Virus record (IMG/VR): IMGVR_UViG_3300029288_000007
Coordinates: 1-64,000 of that record
Direction: 5' to 3' (one strand)
From: a virus
Lineage: Duplodnaviria > Caudoviricetes
DNA length: 64,000 nucleotides
This document shows, in pieces, positions 63,479-64,000 of the stretch. Position numbers and translations under genes: made by a program. Below the pieces are notes generated by a model. The model made no database searches. It saw nothing but the letters and a program-made list of their open reading frames with translations, and was not told the origin of the DNA. Every line of letters begins with the position of its first letter. The stretch's first letter is position 1.

Positions 63479-64000
63479 TTAATTAAAAATAATTTGGCGA
63501 ATTTCCATTGCTTCCTGGAAAGTTTGTTCCCCGGGGTCTCCATTTGTCAACTGCAAAATTTCAACGTAAGGGAATGTCCCGCAAATGTTATTCGCTAATT
63601 CTTCAGATTGTTTAATCGCATCTGGGTCATACAAAATAAAAACCTTTTTTGGCGCCTTCTTTTTTAATAAAAGTATTTGTTCGTGAGTCATTCCTTTGCG
63701 CCACGTACAAATAAAACCCGGCCCCATACGCCAAACATCCGTTGCTCCCTCAACAATAACAGCAATGTCTTTAACAGAATCAATATTATAAAGGCAAGCA
63801 TTGACAGGGATAATGGCTTCCTCTGGAGTGCAATTTAAGTATGGAACAACTCCTTCTTTGCGAAGGGTTGCAGCGGCGACAAAAGAAACAACTTTGCCAT
63901 TTATGATATTTGGAATGATTATTCTAAAACGATACTTTTGAGTTCCAGTATTATAAACAGCCTTCAACTGATATTGTTTTATTAAAAGGTCTGGGTCAAA
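63479..64000 (-). CDS. DNA primase (TOPRIM), C-terminal part
   Basis: RIIIP, IVEG.TD, YDPDA, DPG; the N-terminus probably lies beyond the window edge. Confidence 0.85.
   Translation of the reverse strand, partial: FDPDLLIKQYQLKAVYNTGTQKYRFRIIIPNIINGKVVSFVAAATLRKEGVVPYLNCTPEEAIIPVNACLYNIDSVKDIAVIVEGATDVWRMGPGFICTWRKGMTHEQILLLKKKAPKKVFILYDPDAIKQSEELANNICGTFPYVEILQLTNGDPGEQTFQEAMEIRQIIFN

Larger units (their letters stand above)
1..64000 (-). mobile_element. Tailed dsDNA bacteriophage genome segment (no host genes or att site visible)
   Basis: Co-oriented terminase, portal, MuF, scaffold, major capsid and replication genes fill the whole window, with dense small ORFs and ATGA/TAATG overlaps. 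Confidence 0.97.

Overview
The whole 64-kb window is one AT-rich tailed-phage (Caudoviricetes) genome segment, with essentially all genes on the minus strand. In transcription order (right to left) it holds: primase, a replication-initiator-like protein and a DnaB helicase; a histone-H1-like protein; a cassette of three SPL-like radical-SAM paralogues, a PLP enzyme and a DUF2156-like (aminoacyl-tRNA-dependent) transferase; a phage-encoded Pol III replisome (beta clamp, DnaE fused to a uracil-DNA glycosylase domain, DnaX); recombination genes (SSB, RecA-like, 5'-3' exonuclease, split SbcC, SbcD); many small early genes; small and large terminase; a ~16-kb insert between terminase and portal with a WbpA/B/E/D-like diacetamido-uronic-acid sugar pathway; portal; a giant MuF minor-head locus; scaffold, BPP-1-like major capsid and cement proteins; a TPR glycosyltransferase; and the start of a Gly-rich virion protein. 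The MuF locus reads as MuF + ART-like + NUDIX + helical repeats + HipA/PI3K-like kinase + a second ART-like domain, split at an A7 run, and is followed by two genes with their own promoter. The best candidates for undescribed systems are (1) the triple radical-SAM/PLP/DUF2156 cassette, a putative DNA hypermodification pathway; (2) the phage-encoded complex-sugar pathway with glycosyltransferases, a putative virion glycosylation system; and (3) the ~2,530-aa multi-enzyme MuF effector. Two recurrent promoter-like motifs, two attenuator-like leaders and a Met-Lys-stop minigene were also read directly from the sequence. All family assignments come from motif recognition by eye; no database searches were run.
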